This document shows, one piece after another, positions 1 to 8,244 of a DNA stretch of 54,940 nt. The first letter of the stretch is position 1. Each line of letters opens with the position of its first letter. This DNA is from Actinomycetota bacterium. GTDB taxonomy: Bacteria > Actinomycetota > UBA4738 > HRBIN12. The stretch covers positions 1 to 54,940 of the forward strand of contig JBOGVK010000234.1 in assembly GCA_050692375.1 (NCBI GenBank), in the 5' to 3' direction. The position numbers and the translations under genes are program-made. The notes beneath the pieces are model-generated. The model saw only the letters and a program-made list of their open reading frames with translations, was not told where the DNA came from and did no database searches.

Positions 1-50
1 GTGGAGCTGACCGGTACTAATAGGCCGAGGGCTTGGCTTCGCTCGCGCTC
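1..50 (+). rRNA. rrl: 23S rRNA, 3'-terminal fragment (the gene continues upstream of the window)
   Basis: The window opens with GTGGAGCTGACCGGTACTAATAGGCCGAGGGCTTG, which matches the conserved helix near the 3' end of bacterial 23S rRNA. A 5S gene follows about 70 nt downstream, in the usual 23S-5S order. The exact 3' end cannot be set by eye. Confidence 0.6.
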
Positions 51-121
51 GCTATCGATTCCCGAGCTCTGCTCGAGGACGCACCCTCAAGTTCGTCGGA
101 TCTTGAAGGATCCGAGACACC

Positions 122-241
122 GTTTCGGTGGCCATAGCGGAGGGGAAACACCCGGTCCCATCTCGAACCCGGAAGTTAAGCCCTCCAGCGCCGATGGTAC
201 TGCCTGGGCGACTGGGTGGGAGAGTAGGTCGTTGCCGGAAC
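122..241 (+). rRNA. rrf: 5S ribosomal RNA
   Basis: GTTTCGGTGGCCATAGCGGAGGGGAAACACCCGGTCCCATCTCGAACCCGGAAGTTAAGCCCTCCAGCGCCGATGGTACTG...GGGAGAGTAGGTCGTTGCCGGAAC is a near-textbook actinobacterial 5S sequence of about 120 nt. Confidence 0.92.
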
Positions 242-247
242 ATCGTT

Positions 248-279
248 GAGAACGGGTCACCTTCGGGTGGCCCGTTCTC
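248..279 (+). terminator. rRNA operon terminator-like hairpin
   Basis: GAGAACGGGTCACC-TTCG-GGTGGCCCGTTCTC forms a 13-14 bp stem with one mismatch and a TTCG tetraloop. It lies immediately after the 5S gene and is followed by GTTTCC. Confidence 0.55.
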
Positions 280-302
280 GTTTCCCGTACGCTGGGAAGC
301 CC

Positions 303-992
303 ATGGCCAAACCTCTTCGGGCCCGTCCCACGAGCGCGTCGAAACGCCCTCGACCGGCGAACACGCAGCTGCCGCGCGACCTGCAGGACGAGGTTCGGCG
401 CGCGGCGCGACCCGCAGATCACCAGGACGCCATCTCACGCCTCTCCCGGGCGATCGAGCTGCTCGAGCGCGGCGATACCGGGGCGGCCATCCTTGAGGCC
501 GAGAAGGCGAAGCACTTCGCGTCCAGATCCGCCGCGATCCGCGAGGTTCTCGGCCTCGCGCTGTACGGCGAGGGGCGATGGTCGGAAGCGCTCACGGAGC
601 TGAAGACGTACCGGCGGATCTCGGGCCGAGTGGATCAGAACCACGTGATGGCCGACTGCCTCCGAGGCTTGGGGCGCCCCGCCGAGGCCATCCCCCTCGC
701 GGAGGAGGAGTTGCACAGCGCAGCACCCAACGAAGCCAAGGCCGAAGCCGTGATCGTGGCGGCCTCCGCACTCGCGGACCAGAAGCGTTTCGCAGAAGCG
801 CTGGCCTTCTTGGCACGGGCGAGAACACGTGACGATGTCTCCGAGACGTACACGCTCCGACTCTGGTACGTGAAGGGCGACATCCTGGCCCGAGCCGGCA
901 GGAAAGCAGAGGCGGCCGAGGAGTTCCACAAGGTGATGCGACACGACGCCAGCGCGTTCGACGCGGCGGAACGCTTGGCTCAGCTCGGCTGA
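303..992 (+). CDS. TPR-repeat-like protein
   Basis: The ORF in the 246..992 frame has its first ATG at 303 (MAKPLRARP...). It is helical and Ala/Leu-rich, with TPR-like periodicity (AILEAEKAKHF..., ALYGEGRWSEALTELKTY...). The function is unknown. Confidence 0.6.
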   Translation: MAKPLRARPTSASKRPRPANTQLPRDLQDEVRRAARPADHQDAISRLSRAIELLERGDTGAAILEAEKAKHFASRSAAIREVLGLALYGEGRWSEALTELKTYRRISGRVDQNHVMADCLRGLGRPAEAIPLAEEELHSAAPNEAKAEAVIVAASALADQKRFAEALAFLARARTRDDVSETYTLRLWYVKGDILARAGRKAEAAEEFHKVMRHDASAFDAAERLAQLG

Positions 993-1951
993 GGAGCCGG
1001 CTCTTCGCCGGGAGCCTCGTCTCGAGAGGCTCGCTGAGTGAGATAGCGCATGATCCCCTCGGCGTTCATCCGGATCCCTGCGAGCGTCTCGAGTCGATCG
1101 AGATCGAGCTGCGCCTCGGCCCCGGTTACGACGTCGCGAGCTGCCTCGTTCGATAGGACGTCCACGATCTCGTCGATATCGGTGGTTGCAGCCATCGCGC
1201 GGCGCACCGCATCCGTCCAATCCCGGAGCCGGCGGATCGCGAGGTCGCATGTCCGATCCACGTCCGCGATCGGACCGAAATGCGCGAACAGCAGGGTCGA
1301 GCCAGCGGCGGCGCGGATCCGGTCGATGCTCGCCATGGCAAGCTCGAGATCGAAGTCCGGCGGTGGTGTGGCGGGCCGGAGCACGGTCAGGTTCGGCACG
1401 TGGATCCCCAGTGCGTCGCCGGTGAAGACGACACCCGTCGAGGAGTCCACCAGCGCGAGGTGGTGCGATGCATGACCTGGCGTCTCGAGCGCACGAAGGG
1501 ACCGACCCCCCAGGTTCAGGATGGCTCGATCTCCGAGCACCCGAAGGCGTTCCGCTGGAACCGCTTCCACGGGACCGAACAGCGACGCCATCCGTTCCTC
1601 GCCGTACACACGGGTCGCGCTCGCCACGAGTTTGGTCGGATCAGCGAGGTGGCGTGCACCTCGCTCGTGCACCCAGATGGTCGCGTTGGGGAACCGGTCC
1701 GCTAGAGCTCCCACGCCCCCAGCGTGATCGAGGTGGATATGGGTAAGGACGATGTGCGCGAGCCCATCGGAAGCGATACCCAGCGAGTCGAGGGAGCGAG
1801 TGACGGGCTCGACCGATGTTCCCGGGCCGGTTTCGATGAGCGCCGGTTCTCGCGCGTGCACCAGATAGGCGGCCGTGTAGCGCTCGCGTCCGCCCATGAA
1901 CGTGTCGATCGCCGTGACTCCGGGCGCCACCTCGAACGTCACCGTGTCCAC
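980..1951 (-). CDS. MBL-fold metallo-hydrolase
   Basis: It contains the metallo-beta-lactamase signature THIHLDHAGG (HxHxDH) and downstream His/Asp ligands. Length is 323 aa. Confidence 0.85.
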   Translation of the reverse strand: MDTVTFEVAPGVTAIDTFMGGRERYTAAYLVHAREPALIETGPGTSVEPVTRSLDSLGIASDGLAHIVLTHIHLDHAGGVGALADRFPNATIWVHERGARHLADPTKLVASATRVYGEERMASLFGPVEAVPAERLRVLGDRAILNLGGRSLRALETPGHASHHLALVDSSTGVVFTGDALGIHVPNLTVLRPATPPPDFDLELAMASIDRIRAAAGSTLLFAHFGPIADVDRTCDLAIRRLRDWTDAVRRAMAATTDIDEIVDVLSNEAARDVVTGAEAQLDLDRLETLAGIRMNAEGIMRYLTQRASRDEAPGEEPAPQPS

Positions 1952-2034
1952 GATCGCGAGTCTACGACCGCCCTCTCGATGGATCTTCGTCGTGTCGGTG
2001 GTCGGTGCTAGCGTCGATCGAGAAGGGAGGAGCC

Positions 2035-2355
2035 ATGGTGACGGTGAACGTCGTCGTCCTCGCAGGTACCGTTGCGGCAGAGCCGGTGGAACGTCGGATG
2101 CCGTCGGGCGATGAGGTGACCGAGCTCAGGCTCTCCGTTCCGGAGGCAGGGAAGCGCCTCCTCCCCCTCCCCGTCGCGGTGTGGCACACGACGGTCGGCA
2201 AACGGGCGTTGAAAGGCATCGCCAAAGGCGACGACGTGCTGGTATACGGCACGCTCGCCCGCCGGTTCTACCGGAGCGGAGCGGGAGCGCGGAGCCTCAC
2301 GGAGGTGATCGCGACCGGGATCAAGAAGCTCGAACCGATGACCGACAGCTCTTAG
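2035..2355 (+). CDS. Single-stranded DNA-binding (OB-fold) protein-like, short form
   Basis: The N-terminus MVTVNVVVLAGTVAAEPVERRMPSGDEVTELRLSV... resembles SSB (NxVxLxGxLxxDPE..R.T.SG). A GGGAGGAG RBS at 2025..2032 precedes the ATG at 2035. The protein has only 106 aa and no acidic tail. Confidence 0.6.
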   Translation: MVTVNVVVLAGTVAAEPVERRMPSGDEVTELRLSVPEAGKRLLPLPVAVWHTTVGKRALKGIAKGDDVLVYGTLARRFYRSGAGARSLTEVIATGIKKLEPMTDSS

Positions 2356-3524
2356 GCAGGTGCGTCGCGGTCCAATGGCATGAGGACCATACCGGTTCGA
2401 GGTTTCGGCCAGAAGTACGTGGACTTCTGAGGTAGGCGCTCACCGCGCTCGACGACCTTGCGGATACGGTCCGGCGTGGTCGGCGGTAGCAGGTAGGCGG
2501 CTACAGCGCTCCCGCTGCTGACGGCCTCGAACGCTTCGGATGCATCGGGTGTGAAGCGCAGGGCATCGGCCGACGCGATCGCGTCGAGGAGACCGTCGTG
2601 GAGCGCCCGAACCGCTGGTGGCTCGCCGGTAAGGGTCGCCACGCGGAGTTCGACGCCTCGGTCGGTCCGTCGCGCGATGGCAACACGCAGTTCGTCGTCC
2701 GACAGGTCTGCGAGCGCGGTGTCCAGGTCGTCGACCCTGACCCCGGCGTCCGGAGCCGAGCCCGAGAGTTGGATGCGATGGAACGGTCGCACCGACAGGC
2801 GTTCCGAGCCGGCGTCGACGACGAACGTGAGGAGGCGGTCCCAGGGCCCCTCGCCCGCCGTGGCGCGCATCTCGTCGCGGAAGGCGAGCGCCGTCGTGTA
2901 CCGATGATGCCCGTCGGCGATCAGAACGGGCTCCTCGGCCAGCCACGATCCGATCGGTGCTTCGGTGACGATCGTCCATCGCCGGTGAGCCACCCCCTCC
3001 GCATCAAACGTTTCCGAGTCCGGTGGCGCGGCGGTCACCTCGTCCAGTAGATCCGCGAGAGATGGACACGGTCCCGCCACGGTGCCGTAGACCGGAGAGA
3101 GTTGGGTGTTCGTCGCTCGAAGCAACCGAAGCCGATCTTCGACCGGTCCCTCCATCGTTCTCTCGTGGGGAAGCACGCCGCCACCCCAATCCTCGAGCTC
3201 CATGGCGCACAAGATGCCCCGAACCCGATCCGTGGGGCCGAAGCGCATCTCATAGGCATGGAAGGCGGTCGGGATACGCACGATTGCGCCCTCGTCGATC
3301 CATCGCCGGAGGAGAACGCCCGCTTGCTCGTACCGGTCCTCGGTGATCCGCGTGTCGTCGTCGGCGGTCGCGAGATCGATCCGGCCGATGTTGTACGGCC
3401 GTGAGAGGTATCCACGTCTCCTCACCTCGCTGATAACGTCGTAAGGAGGCGTCGTCACTCGGTCGAGCGGACCCGCGACGGCGGTGTCGTAGATCAACGC
3501 TTCGAAGGGGAACACGCGAGGCAT
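2352..3524 (-). CDS. DUF1015 family protein
   Basis: MPRVFPFEALIYD....VTTPPYDVIS is the typical DUF1015 N-terminus. I placed the start at the ATG (CAT at 3522..3524) rather than at the upstream end of the long ORF (3914). Confidence 0.8.
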   Translation of the reverse strand: MPRVFPFEALIYDTAVAGPLDRVTTPPYDVISEVRRRGYLSRPYNIGRIDLATADDDTRITEDRYEQAGVLLRRWIDEGAIVRIPTAFHAYEMRFGPTDRVRGILCAMELEDWGGGVLPHERTMEGPVEDRLRLLRATNTQLSPVYGTVAGPCPSLADLLDEVTAAPPDSETFDAEGVAHRRWTIVTEAPIGSWLAEEPVLIADGHHRYTTALAFRDEMRATAGEGPWDRLLTFVVDAGSERLSVRPFHRIQLSGSAPDAGVRVDDLDTALADLSDDELRVAIARRTDRGVELRVATLTGEPPAVRALHDGLLDAIASADALRFTPDASEAFEAVSSGSAVAAYLLPPTTPDRIRKVVERGERLPQKSTYFWPKPRTGMVLMPLDRDAPA

Positions 3525-3585
3525 GACCCTTGTATAGCAGCGACCGCGGCGTGAAGACCGGCGATCGCGAAGGTGCGACCGCCTG

Positions 3586-4374
3586 ATGGAGCTCCTCGCG
3601 GATCCATATGACGCTTTCCTGTTCGACCTCGACGGCGTGCTATACCGGGATACGGAGCCGGTGCCATTCGCCTCGGAAGCGGTCGCTCGCCTGCGGGCGA
3701 TGACCAAGCGCGTGGCGTTCGTGACGAACAACTCGGGACGGACTCCGGAGGCGGTCGTCGCAAGACTCGCGAACGTGGGGATCTCCGCCAACGTCGGCGA
3801 GGTCGAGACCTCAGCGTTGTCCACCGCCGAACTGTTGGCCGCTCGGGGCGTGGTGGAGGCATTCGTGATCGGCGAAGAGGGGATCGTGCAGGCGCTGCGA
3901 GCCAAAGGCATCACGGTCGTCGATGGCGACGCGAAGGATGTCGGGGTCGTCGTCGTCGGCTGGGACCGCCACGCGGACTACGCGAAGCTCCGGACCGCGT
4001 CGCTCTTCGTCGAGCGGGGCGCTTCCTTGGTGGCGACCAATGACGACGCGTCGTTCCCGGCACCCGATGGGAACTGGCCGGGCGCCGGGGCGCTGCTCGC
4101 GGCTATCGAGACCACGACCGGGGTCCGAGCGGAGGTGGTGGGCAAGCCCCACCCGCCCGTCTTGCGCGCAGCGCTCGAGCGGGCAGGAGGTGGGAGGCCA
4201 TTGGTCGTCGGCGATCGCCTGGATACCGACATCGCCGGCGCGGAAGGCCTCGGATGGGACTCCCTCCTCGTCCTCACGGGCATCTCCAGCCGTGAGGACA
4301 TCGCAGCGTCGTCGATCACACCGACGTTCGTTGCCGAGGATCTCTGGGCGCTCTTCGCGCCGCCGTCGCACTGA
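3586..4374 (+). CDS. HAD-superfamily hydrolase, subfamily IIA (NagD-like phosphatase)
   Basis: It has the FLFDLDGVLY motif I, the FVTNNS motif II and a GDRLDTDI motif. Its position upstream of tlyA matches Rv1692. Confidence 0.85.
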   Translation: MELLADPYDAFLFDLDGVLYRDTEPVPFASEAVARLRAMTKRVAFVTNNSGRTPEAVVARLANVGISANVGEVETSALSTAELLAARGVVEAFVIGEEGIVQALRAKGITVVDGDAKDVGVVVVGWDRHADYAKLRTASLFVERGASLVATNDDASFPAPDGNWPGAGALLAAIETTTGVRAEVVGKPHPPVLRAALERAGGGRPLVVGDRLDTDIAGAEGLGWDSLLVLTGISSREDIAASSITPTFVAEDLWALFAPPSH

Positions 4375-4433
4375 GGAGTCTCGACCCGGGGGTATGCTGG
4401 CTCGCGAACCGTGCGGCGACCGAAGGAGTCCCC

Positions 4434-4871
4434 ATGTCCGCGCTCGAAGACGTTCGGAAAACCATCGAGGCTGCCATCGGCAACCTGACCCCGGCCAAGG
4501 CCCAGGAGCTCGCGAAGAGCTTCGCCGACCCCGGAACCGCGAAGGAGCAAGTCAGCAAGATGGCCGGCGACATGCTCGAATGGTCGCAACGCAACCGCGA
4601 CCGTATGAGGGAGTTCGTCGGGCGCGAGATCGCGACCCAGATGAAGTCCATGGGCGTCGCGACCCAGTCGGATCTCGACGCGTTGAAGAAGCGGGTGCGC
4701 GAGCTCGAGCGACGTGCGGGCATGACGGCTTCGGGCCGCCGCTCCGTGGCGAAGTCGCCTGTCCCACAAGGAACGGCGGCCAAGAAGTCCTCGGCCAAGA
4801 AGTCGACGGCCAAGAAGTCGGCTGCCCGGAAGGGCGAGACGGCGAGCCCCACGGCGTCGACCGGATCGTAG
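4434..4871 (+). CDS. Phasin-like (COG3937-type) coiled-coil protein with a Lys/Ala-rich tail
   Basis: The helical N-terminal part (LTPAKAQELAKSF..., DLDALKKRVRELERR) resembles the conserved small protein upstream of tlyA in actinobacteria. GAAGGAG precedes the ATG. The C-terminus carries AKKSS/AKKST/AKKSA repeats. Confidence 0.6.
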   Translation: MSALEDVRKTIEAAIGNLTPAKAQELAKSFADPGTAKEQVSKMAGDMLEWSQRNRDRMREFVGREIATQMKSMGVATQSDLDALKKRVRELERRAGMTASGRRSVAKSPVPQGTAAKKSSAKKSTAKKSAARKGETASPTASTGS

Positions 4872-4881
4872 GGTCCGCATC

Positions 4882-5676
4882 GTGCCCCGTCGGCGCCTCG
4901 ACGCGGAGCTCGTCCGTCGGGGATTGGCCGGCAGCCGCGCCGAGGCGCACGCCGCCGTCTTGGCCGGGATGGTGACCGTCGCCGGCAATCCCGTCACGAA
5001 GCCTGCGTCGCTCGTTGCGACCGACGCGGCGGTTCACGTGACCGGCGACGTTCGCAACTTCGTCTCGCGAGGGGGCGACAAGCTCCGGTCAGGCCTGGAT
5101 CGCTTCGAGGTCGACCCTGGTGGCCGCGATTGCCTCGACGCCGGTGCGTCGACCGGGGGGTTCACCGACTGCCTGCTGCAGGCTGGGGCCGCTCGAGTGG
5201 CGGCCGTCGACGTGGGCTATGGGCAACTGGCGTGGGAATTGCGCAACGATCCACGAGTGACGGTCCTCGAGCGGATGAACGCACGCGAGCTGATCCCCGC
5301 CGATCTACCGTTCGCTCCGGACCTGGTCGTCGCCGATCTGTCGTTCATCTCGCTCCGAGTGGTCTTGCCGGCGTTGGTTGGGGTGTCGGACTCGGGTGCC
5401 GAGTTCCTGCTGTTGGTCAAGCCGCAGTTCGAGGCCGGGCGGGCTGCGGTGGGAAGCGGAGGCGTCGTTCGCGATCCCGCGGTCTGGAAACGCGTCCTCG
5501 GGGAGATCGTGTCCGCGTCCCAGACGGGAGGGATCGGGGTGATCGGCGTCGTGCCGTCACCGCTCGTGGGTCCGGCCGGCAACGTGGAGTTCCTGCTACA
5601 CGGGCGCCGAGGGGTCCGAGACGGTGTGTTCGACCTCGACGATGCCATCGCCGAAGGGGAGGCGTTGCGACGGTGA
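4882..5676 (+). CDS. tlyA: TlyA family rRNA 2'-O-methyltransferase (hemolysin A-like)
   Basis: It has an S4-like N-terminus (RRRLDAELVRRGL) and the FtsJ-type SAM motif LDAGASTGGFTDCLLQ. Synteny with nadK and recN supports the call. Confidence 0.9.
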   Translation: MPRRRLDAELVRRGLAGSRAEAHAAVLAGMVTVAGNPVTKPASLVATDAAVHVTGDVRNFVSRGGDKLRSGLDRFEVDPGGRDCLDAGASTGGFTDCLLQAGAARVAAVDVGYGQLAWELRNDPRVTVLERMNARELIPADLPFAPDLVVADLSFISLRVVLPALVGVSDSGAEFLLLVKPQFEAGRAAVGSGGVVRDPAVWKRVLGEIVSASQTGGIGVIGVVPSPLVGPAGNVEFLLHGRRGVRDGVFDLDDAIAEGEALRR

Positions 5677-6518
5677 GTGTCGTGGGTTTCGTCGTGCACG
5701 AAGGACGTGAGGCCGCCGTCCAGGCGGCGAAGGCGCTCCGGACCGCGCTCGAGGGCCAAGGCGTGACCGTCGCCGCAGAGCGAGGCTCTGAGAGGTTTGC
5801 CGGCCTCGACCTGGTGGTGAGCGTCGGTGGAGACGGGACGTTCCTTCGAGGAGCCCACATCGCAGCTGAGCTCGACTGTCCGGTCCTCGGCGTGAAGGTC
5901 GGGCGCTTGGGATTCCTGACCGAGGTGGAGCCGGAAGAGGCCCTCGACCTGATCCGAGACGCCCTGGCCGGAGACGCCTCGATCGAGGAGCGCCTCGCGG
6001 CGACCGCTCGGCCCGCCGATGCGGGCGAGTTCGCTGCGCAGTGGGCCTTGAACGAGATCATGGTGGAGAAACGCGCTCGTCACCGCCTGGTTCGGCTCGC
6101 AGTCGAGGTCGACGGTGACTATGTCACGACGTTCTCCGCGGACGGTGTGGTGGTCGCGACGCCGACCGGCTCGACCGCCTACTCGTTCTCTGCCCGCGGT
6201 CCGATCGTCAGTCCGGACGTCCGGTGTCTGGTCCTGACGCCCGTGGCGGCGCACATGGTGTTCGACCGCTCCTTCGTTCTGGGAGCCGAGCAGCACGTCG
6301 TCCTCGAAGTGGTGGGCGATGAGCCGGGGCTCCTGTCCGCGGACGGCCGCGAAAGTGTCGAGCTCCCGGTGGGCAGCCGGGTGCTCATCGAGGCGGCGGA
6401 CCGGCCGGCGCGCCTGGTCCGGCGGGCCGGCCGGCTCACATTCTTGTCGCGCGTCCGGGACAAGTTCGAGTTGCCGGGCGTCCCCACGGATGCCGACGAT
6501 GTCGGTACCGCCGGATAG
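5673..6518 (+). CDS. nadK: NAD kinase
   Basis: It contains the GGDGTFLR motif and VVATPTGSTAYSFSARGPIV. The GTG start overlaps the tlyA stop (GTGA at 5673..5676). Confidence 0.9.
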   Translation: MSVVGFVVHEGREAAVQAAKALRTALEGQGVTVAAERGSERFAGLDLVVSVGGDGTFLRGAHIAAELDCPVLGVKVGRLGFLTEVEPEEALDLIRDALAGDASIEERLAATARPADAGEFAAQWALNEIMVEKRARHRLVRLAVEVDGDYVTTFSADGVVVATPTGSTAYSFSARGPIVSPDVRCLVLTPVAAHMVFDRSFVLGAEQHVVLEVVGDEPGLLSADGRESVELPVGSRVLIEAADRPARLVRRAGRLTFLSRVRDKFELPGVPTDADDVGTAG

Positions 6519-6527
6519 GGTCGACCG

Positions 6528-8177
6528 GTGCTGCGGGAGCTGCACATCAGCGGCCTGGGGGTCATCGACGATCTCGACCTCGAGCTGCACGCAGGGCTGA
6601 ACGTCCTCACCGGGGAGACCGGCGCCGGCAAGACCATGGTGACGGTGGGGCTGGCACTTGCCCTCGGCGCTCGCGCGGGGAGTTCGCTCGTGCGCGACGG
6701 CGCGGCCGCCGCCCGCGTTCAGGCTCGATTCGATGCTCCCGACGGAGCCGACGAGTGGTCGGAGGACGGCGAGATCCTCCTGGCTCGATCGGTGAACGCC
6801 GATGGGAAGAGCGCTGGGCGGGCCGGCGGGCAGCTTGCCTCCGCTTCGACATTGGCGGAGCTCGGCGCCTCGCTCGTCGAGGTCCATGGGCAGCATCAGG
6901 CGCAACGACTGCTGGCGCCCGCGGCGCAGACGGGCTTCTTGGATCGCTTCGGCGGAGACGCGCACCTCGTGTCCTTGGCCGCCTATCGGGAAACGTGGGA
7001 GCGGTGGCGCGACGCCCGGGCCGCGCTCGGGGAGCTCACCGCCGCTTCGCGGGAACGCGAACGCGAGCTGGATCTGCTCGCGTATCAGGTCCGGGAGATC
7101 GAGGCGGTCGGTCCCGGCGAGCGTGAAAGCGACACCCTGGCCGTCGAGGAAGCCCGCTTGGCGCACGTGGAGCGACTGCTCGAGCGATCCTCGGTCGCCG
7201 AGGAAGCGCTGTCGGGCGAGGCACCTCTCGTGGACGGAGCGGCTTCGGTCGCGAACGCGCTTGAGGACGCCGCCCGACTCGATGCGCGGGCCGAGGAGCT
7301 GGCTGCACGGTCGCGGAGTCTCTCGGCAGAGCTCGCCGAGTTGTCCCGGGACGTGCGTGACTATCGAGAAGGTCTCGCGGCCGATCCCACCCGGTTACAG
7401 GAGATCCGTGAACGCGCCGCGGCGCTCAAAGCGCTTCAACGCAAGTACGGGGCGACCGACGAAGAGGTGCTCGGGTTTCTGGCCGAGGCGTCCAAGCGTC
7501 TCGTGTCGCTCGCCACGGCCGACGAACGGCTCGCGGAGCTAGCCGGCGACGTCGAGCGGCTGGGAAGGGTGATGGGAGAGCAGGCGGCGGTCCTGACCCA
7601 TGTCCGTGAAGACGCGGCGCCCGCGCTCGGCGCGGCCTTGGAACGCGAGCTGCATGAGTTGGGTATGCCCGGCGCCACGATCGTGGTCGTTCTCGAGCCC
7701 GTGGAAGAGCTGGGAGCCGCTGGGGCCGAACGGGCGGAGCTCCAGTTGTCTCCCTCGCCGGGACAGAAGGCCGCTCCGCTCGCGAAGACCGCATCGGGGG
7801 GGGAGCTGTCCCGCACGATGCTTGCCTGCAGGAGCGTGCTGGCAGACCTGGACGACGTCCCGACGCTTGTGTTCGACGAGGTGGACGCGGGGATCGGCGG
7901 CGAGGCGGGATTGGCGGTCGGTCGCCGATTGGCGCGTCTGGCCGAGGAGCGTCAGGTCCTGGTCGTCACCCACCTGCCGCAGATCGCGTGCTTCGCCGAT
8001 CGGCACATCCTGGTCGAGAAGGACGGAGGGACCGCGACGGTTCGAGGTCTCTCCGACGGTGAACGCGTCCACGAACTGTCGCGGATGCTCGCGGGTCTCA
8101 CGGGCAGCGAAGGGGCGGTCACCCACGCCGAGGAGCTCCTCGCAACCGCCTCCGCCTCGCGCGCCCCGATCACCTGA
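6528..8177 (+). CDS. recN: DNA repair protein RecN
   Basis: MLRELHISGLGVIDD...LTGETGAGKTM (Walker A) is followed by long coiled-coil regions and a C-terminal SGGELSR signature with LVFDEVDAGIGG. Confidence 0.95.
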   Translation: MLRELHISGLGVIDDLDLELHAGLNVLTGETGAGKTMVTVGLALALGARAGSSLVRDGAAAARVQARFDAPDGADEWSEDGEILLARSVNADGKSAGRAGGQLASASTLAELGASLVEVHGQHQAQRLLAPAAQTGFLDRFGGDAHLVSLAAYRETWERWRDARAALGELTAASRERERELDLLAYQVREIEAVGPGERESDTLAVEEARLAHVERLLERSSVAEEALSGEAPLVDGAASVANALEDAARLDARAEELAARSRSLSAELAELSRDVRDYREGLAADPTRLQEIRERAAALKALQRKYGATDEEVLGFLAEASKRLVSLATADERLAELAGDVERLGRVMGEQAAVLTHVREDAAPALGAALERELHELGMPGATIVVVLEPVEELGAAGAERAELQLSPSPGQKAAPLAKTASGGELSRTMLACRSVLADLDDVPTLVFDEVDAGIGGEAGLAVGRRLARLAEERQVLVVTHLPQIACFADRHILVEKDGGTATVRGLSDGERVHELSRMLAGLTGSEGAVTHAEELLATASASRAPIT

Positions 8178-8244
8178 CATCGCCCTCCTGAGAAGGCGCA
8201 TACGGGGGTTGCCCGTTCACCGGTACCCTGGGCTACCCTCCGAT

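Noticed and set aside
2352-3914. 5'-extended versions of real genes in the ORF track: 2352..3914, 5130..6518, 7600..9486, 10390..11859, 10953..13574, 19893..21662, 27921..29174, 31296..32465 and 35570..37318.
   Set aside because: The extensions run through the upstream neighbouring gene in another frame and encode low-complexity sequence. I chose internal starts that match canonical N-termini, RBS or -10 context, or 4-nt start/stop overlaps.
5217-7166. A 649-aa ORF antisense to nadK/recN. Similar very long antisense or out-of-frame ORFs occur at 44946..47423 (-), 51399..53960 (+), 37366..39045 (+), 34446..36092 (-), 3923..4975 (+), 3978..4997 (-) and 12540..13352 (-).
   Set aside because: These are typical high-GC shadow ORFs. 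Their translations are Arg/Pro/Gly/Ala-rich low-complexity strings without recognisable motifs, and each lies opposite or out of frame to a gene with clear family signatures.
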